A DNA stretch of 50,367 nucleotides from positions 1 through 50,367 of the IMG/VR virus record IMGVR_UViG_3300005100_000006; one strand, 5' to 3'. Position 1 is the first letter of the stretch; every line of letters starts with the position of its first letter. Made by a program: the position numbers and the translations under genes. The notes beneath the pieces are model-generated. The model was not told the origin of the DNA. It did not search any database and was given only the letters and a program-made list of their open reading frames with translations. This stretch comes from a virus. Taxonomy: Duplodnaviria > Caudoviricetes. Positions 46,268 to 50,367 of this stretch are shown piece by piece.

Positions 46268-47488
46268 ATGGCAGAACAAACAACACACGCCGAGCAATCA
46301 ACCGAGCAGGCAGCGCAGGCAGAAAAATTCATCATCACAGAATTTAAATCTGGCGGTATTGACAAAGTTGAAGCGTACCTTGAGCAAGTATTCTCAGAAT
46401 ACAGCGCGAAAGTGTCCTCAGAAGTCCCCCAAATCGATTCTAAGGAGGGTCGCGCGCGAATTAAGGCTCTAGGCGCAGAAATCAATAAAAAGCTCGCAGA
46501 GAGCGATACACCGATGCGCGATTACCTTCGTGACATTAAGAAGCAGCCGAAAATTATCGAAGCAATCGCAAAAGCAAACAAAGAAAAGTTTGTAAAACTG
46601 CGCGCTGATATATTAAAACCGCTTGAGGAGGCGCAGAAAGAGCAAGACGAGAAGCTTGATTGGTTAAATGAAGTTCCAACTATTTGTGGTCAACCTGGAA
46701 TTACTAGCGATCACTTGTGCGGAATTATTCAAGAGGCAGAATCATTCGATCTATCATCCGTATGGCCAGAGCTTAAAAAGAAATTCAAAGTCGCACACGA
46801 AAACGCACTGACTACAGCCCGCGTGACACTTGAGCGAGTGGAAGCGGCAGAAGAGCAAGCGGCAGAGCTTAAACGACTTCAAGAAAAAGAAGAGGAGCGC
46901 AAGCGCGAAGAAGAGGCCAACAAGGCCGCCGAAAAAGCACGCCAGGAGGCCGAAGCGAAAGCCGCGGCTAAACTCACAAACGCGGTTAATGCTCGAATTA
47001 AAAATGAGCTGACAGTTTACCCGTACCAGACCAAGCCTATGATTCCGGCATGGTATGAAGAGCAAATCGCACACCTTAACGAAATTGTTATCGATGAAGA
47101 GTGGCAGCCGCTACAGCAAGAAGCAGCAAACGCGCTTGCATCGTCAAAGATTAACGCCAGTGAAGGCTTGAAGCTTGCCAAGGATGCAAAAGCCAAAGCC
47201 GAAGAGCAACGCAAAGCCGACGAAGAGCAGGAAAGGCGCAACCGTGAAGCAGCCGCACAGCGCCAAGCCGAAGAAGCAGCCGCAGCAGAGCGCAAGGCTA
47301 TCGAAGAAGAGCAGAAGGAAGCGGAGCGCCAGGCAAAGCAGCGTGAAGCAGACAAAAAGCACCGCACGACTATTAACCGTCGAAACCTGGCTGTTTTCTT
47401 GGCTATGGGTATCAGCGAAGCGGACGGCAAGAAGGTTATTACCGCGATTGCTAAAGGCGAGCTTCCAGACATTCGTATTTGTTACTAA
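46268..47488 (+). CDS. Coiled-coil protein of the recombination module
   Basis: EGRARIK motif, long E/A/K/R coils, AIAKG..P..RI.Y end. Confidence 0.75.
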   Translation: MAEQTTHAEQSTEQAAQAEKFIITEFKSGGIDKVEAYLEQVFSEYSAKVSSEVPQIDSKEGRARIKALGAEINKKLAESDTPMRDYLRDIKKQPKIIEAIAKANKEKFVKLRADILKPLEEAQKEQDEKLDWLNEVPTICGQPGITSDHLCGIIQEAESFDLSSVWPELKKKFKVAHENALTTARVTLERVEAAEEQAAELKRLQEKEEERKREEEANKAAEKARQEAEAKAAAKLTNAVNARIKNELTVYPYQTKPMIPAWYEEQIAHLNEIVIDEEWQPLQQEAANALASSKINASEGLKLAKDAKAKAEEQRKADEEQERRNREAAAQRQAEEAAAAERKAIEEEQKEAERQAKQREADKKHRTTINRRNLAVFLAMGISEADGKKVITAIAKGELPDIRICY

Positions 47489-47530
47489 TCAACCAACAGG
47501 AGCAGCCGCCCAAGGGTGGCTGTGATTACC

Positions 47531-48358
47531 ATGCAAGCAACACTAACAACACTTTTAACCAACGACGAATACCGCGCCCAGCGTGGCACCAGTAAGTCAG
47601 AGCTAGACTTGGCTAATAAATCCGTTGCACTGCTTGAGTGGTCGCGCAACTGCCCGACCGATGGCAGTCGCTCAATTGACCTTGGTACGGATGTTCATTG
47701 CGCCTGTTTGGAGCCGGACGTTTTCGCCAAGGACTACGTAAGAATGCCCGAATTTGGCAGCGGCAAGGCAGCAGCAGAGAAGGCCGAGCAGTTCAAGGAG
47801 AACATGAAAGGAAAGATCGTGCTAACAACGCCCGAATATCAACAGGTGTTAGATATGCGCGACAGTGTGCTGGCTCATCCAGTCGCTAACAGGCTGCTAA
47901 CCTCAAAAGGCATTAGCGAGGCGTCGATTTTTTCAGAAATGGAATTGCAAGACGGCTCAAAAATTAAAGTTAAGTGCAGGCCCGATCGCATTGTGGATCC
48001 TGAAGTGTTTGGACAACATATTCTGGTTGATGTGAAGAAAACCGCAGACATTGACAAGTTTCACTGGTCAGTGCGTGATTTTCGCTATCATGTGCAGGAT
48101 GCGTATTACTCGGATATTTACAAGCACACCGATATGTACCTAAAAAGCAACACGGAATCGGTTCGATTTATCTTTATCGTCGTAGGCGAAAAGCGTAGTA
48201 TTGGACGCCACCCCGTTCGAGTGTTTCAGTTAGACCGAGACACCAAAGAAACAGGCCGCAAGGCTTATTTGCAAGACTTAGAAACCGTGAACGAATATCA
48301 AGAGTTCGGTTGCGGTTTGGACGTGGAAAAGCTCGATTTGAGCGGTATTATTAAGTAA
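47531..48358 (+). CDS. recE: RecE/exonuclease VIII-like PD-(D/E)XK nuclease
   Basis: SKSELD, GTDVH...LEP, KCRPD, DVKKT and YHVQDAYY motifs. Confidence 0.9.
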   Translation: MQATLTTLLTNDEYRAQRGTSKSELDLANKSVALLEWSRNCPTDGSRSIDLGTDVHCACLEPDVFAKDYVRMPEFGSGKAAAEKAEQFKENMKGKIVLTTPEYQQVLDMRDSVLAHPVANRLLTSKGISEASIFSEMELQDGSKIKVKCRPDRIVDPEVFGQHILVDVKKTADIDKFHWSVRDFRYHVQDAYYSDIYKHTDMYLKSNTESVRFIFIVVGEKRSIGRHPVRVFQLDRDTKETGRKAYLQDLETVNEYQEFGCGLDVEKLDLSGIIK

Positions 48359-48636
48359 CTAAAACAGGACTAAACAACATGGGCGAAATGACACAGCAGG
48401 ATTATGACGACAGTTGCGATGGCTTTAAGTTAGAAGTAAATAACCTGGTGAAAAAATCAGGCGAAAACAGTCTTTCAATGGCAATTGCAAAGGGCAACAA
48501 AGAAATTACAACCATGCTTTATCAATTCCAAGAAATGATTAATCCAGCCGTTAATAAACTTGGATTAAAAACTAAATCACTATCTGAAATCTTTGGCGTA
48601 GAAATCAAGCTAACAGCTTACTAAAACAGGACTAAA
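48358..48636 (+). repeat. 17-bp direct repeat (48358-48374 and 48620-48636)
   Basis: ACTAAAACAGGACTAAA twice; the 13-mer core is also at 46247-46259. Confidence 0.9.
48379..48624 (+). CDS. Hypothetical protein inserted between recE and bet
   Basis: AACAGGAC upstream; flanked by repeats. Confidence 0.7.
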   Translation: MGEMTQQDYDDSCDGFKLEVNNLVKKSGENSLSMAIAKGNKEITTMLYQFQEMINPAVNKLGLKTKSLSEIFGVEIKLTAY

Positions 48637-48640
48637 AACT

Positions 48641-49516
48641 ATGACTACAGCACTATCCCTAGTAGCACAAAACACAGGCGCAAGCGAAGCAGAAATCACC
48701 GAAGTAATGAGCGGTATGATTGTTTCAGCTAAAAACCAACACGGCGCAACAGCAAGCAAAGCCGAGCTCGCAATTGTCACGGGTGTGGCGGCTAAATACG
48801 GACTTAACCCGCTTGTTCGTGAAATGGCGGCGTTTGTATCTGGTGGCAAGCTGCAAGTTACAGTGATGATTGATGGCTGGTACAAGATGGTCAATCGACA
48901 GCCAACTTTTGACGGCGTAGAGTTTGACGACCACATTACCGATGGCAAGCTGACAGCCATTACTTGCCGCATGTATCTAACCAACCGCAATCGACCGGTT
49001 ACAGTGACCGAATACTTGGCAGAATGCCAAAAGACTGGCAACGGCTCAGACGTTTGGAAAAAATGGCCAAGCCGTATGTTACGACACAAAGCTTATATTC
49101 AAGCGGCACGCATGGCCTTTGGTATTAGCGAAGTGGTTGATCCAGACGAAGCGGACCGCATCAAGCAAGCCGAGCCAGTGGAGCGAGATATTACGCCAGA
49201 AAAGCCAGCGTTTAGCCTTGATTCAATCGAAGCTGATATGGTTGAATGTGGCGACCTTGAGACACTAAAAAAGGTTTGCACGTCAATTCGTCAAACGCTC
49301 GAAGGAAATGGCACTTGGGAGCAACACAAGGATCAAATCATCGAGCTAAACAAGAAGCACAAAGCCCGCATTAATTCATATAGCAATGACGTGGAAGAGG
49401 CTGAGTTTGAAGAGGTGGTCGAGCCAGAGCAGCAAGACACCAAGACAATGGCGGACGCATTCAATGCAGCAGAAGAAGAAGAAGAAGACATCCCATTTGA
49501 GGACGATGAATTTTAA
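48641..49516 (+). CDS. bet: Single-strand annealing recombinase (Bet/RecT family)
   Basis: KYGLNP..REM, IDGW, FDG.EF and W...P.RMLRHKA.IQAARMAFG motifs; acidic IPF tail. Confidence 0.92.
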   Translation: MTTALSLVAQNTGASEAEITEVMSGMIVSAKNQHGATASKAELAIVTGVAAKYGLNPLVREMAAFVSGGKLQVTVMIDGWYKMVNRQPTFDGVEFDDHITDGKLTAITCRMYLTNRNRPVTVTEYLAECQKTGNGSDVWKKWPSRMLRHKAYIQAARMAFGISEVVDPDEADRIKQAEPVERDITPEKPAFSLDSIEADMVECGDLETLKKVCTSIRQTLEGNGTWEQHKDQIIELNKKHKARINSYSNDVEEAEFEEVVEPEQQDTKTMADAFNAAEEEEEDIPFEDDEF

Positions 49517-49566
49517 CCAGCCCCACTAATGCTAAACTAGCCCTATCATTCGATGGGGCTTTTTTT
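49515..49566 (+). promoter_or_regulatory. Terminator abutting an extended -10 late promoter
   Basis: TGCTAAACT (49530-49538) next to hairpin AGCCCTATC/GATGGGGCT and T-run. Confidence 0.6.
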
Positions 49567-49598
49567 ATTTGCAGAGCACATCTGTACATGGGGGCATT

Positions 49599-50321
49599 AT
49601 GGAAATAGACACGCGAGAGCTAAAACGACTAGAGCTGGATTTATTACGGCTCAACAAAACGGGGTTTAAAATCGCTCAAGAACAAACAATGAACGACCTT
49701 GCTTTTGAGACCAGAAAGCAAGCCAAAGAGAAGATAAGCCAAGATTTTACTATCCGAAATCATTGGACCTTATCACCAAGAAATAACCCGATTGAGAAGG
49801 CCAAGAGGGGCAAGCCATTTGCTGAATACGGCTCGACACTAGACTACATGGCAGACCGTGAAGAGGGTTCAATCAATCAACCCGACCCATACACGGGAGC
49901 GGTGGCCATTGCGACGCCTGTTGCGTCCGGTGAGCGAAAAGGGGCAGCAAGAGGCAAGACCCTAAGACGCAAGCCAGTTCGCAAGCCTAACCGTAGAACC
50001 ATGTTAAAAATGCCATCCAATCGCATGAAAGAATTGCCACGCAGACAGCGCAACGCAGCGCTTATCCAAGAGGCCATCAAGACCAAAAAGCGATTCATTG
50101 AACTGCATAGGCATGGGGAGTCGAATATCTATCGTGTGCGTGGCAGTAAGAAAAACTACAAGCTTGACCGCATGTATAAGACAGAGCACAGAGCTGTGAT
50201 TGTGAAGCCTATGCCATGGCTACGACCGAGCACAGCCAAGGCATACGAGAGCGCGCCAGTGTTTTATCAGCAGCGCATACAATATCAGCTTGACAGGATG
50301 ATGCGCAGGCGTGGTAGGTAA
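49599..50321 (+). CDS. Basic protein, possible gpZ-like tail completion/neck protein
   Basis: Helical N-terminus (MNDLAFETRK...FTIRN.WT), PWLRPS C-terminal motif, very basic. Confidence 0.5.
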   Translation: MEIDTRELKRLELDLLRLNKTGFKIAQEQTMNDLAFETRKQAKEKISQDFTIRNHWTLSPRNNPIEKAKRGKPFAEYGSTLDYMADREEGSINQPDPYTGAVAIATPVASGERKGAARGKTLRRKPVRKPNRRTMLKMPSNRMKELPRRQRNAALIQEAIKTKKRFIELHRHGESNIYRVRGSKKNYKLDRMYKTEHRAVIVKPMPWLRPSTAKAYESAPVFYQQRIQYQLDRMMRRRGR

Positions 50322-50367
50322 GTGGTTGATTGCAAAAGAAAAGGTACTCCAGATTTACAGTGTAAAT

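Noticed and set aside
46830-47370. Low-complexity GAAGCAGC-type repeats / TolA-like call
   Set aside because: Explained by an E/A/K/R coiled coil in a phage protein
66-50189. Many antisense or alternate-frame ORFs in the track (e.g. 66-557, 8683-9171, 32755-33438, 47017-47472)
   Set aside because: They lie within well-supported genes, lack RBSs and have shadow-ORF composition

Overview
The window looks like a complete ~50.4 kb tailed-phage genome (contractile-tailed myovirus). The host is probably a gammaproteobacterium such as Vibrio; this is inferred from gene content only. The sequence appears to be opened at a lambda-like cos/packaging site. Gene order: lambda-type head module (terS, terL, portal, S49 protease/scaffold, decoration, major capsid), Mu-like tail and baseplate module interrupted by three self-promoted moron cassettes, tail-associated fibre genes, denV, a displaced tailspike, a leftward lysis/DNA-modification/helicase arm, a Cro-like regulator, primase-helicase, small early genes, an AT-rich origin candidate and a RecE/Bet recombination module. 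I recognised no integrase, CI repressor, DNA polymerase, tRNA or CRISPR array. The most unusual signal is a post-transcriptional layer. The 8-mer AACAGGAC sits just before at least 13 start codons of mostly non-structural genes. A candidate ~60-nt sRNA (18897-18956) and a structured leader (12250-12314) both carry sequence complementary to that motif. Direct repeats built from these start regions flank apparently inserted genes. A shared TTAAC-N2-GTYAA operator links the Cro-like promoter to the moron promoters. All product calls come from motif recognition and synteny, not database searches.
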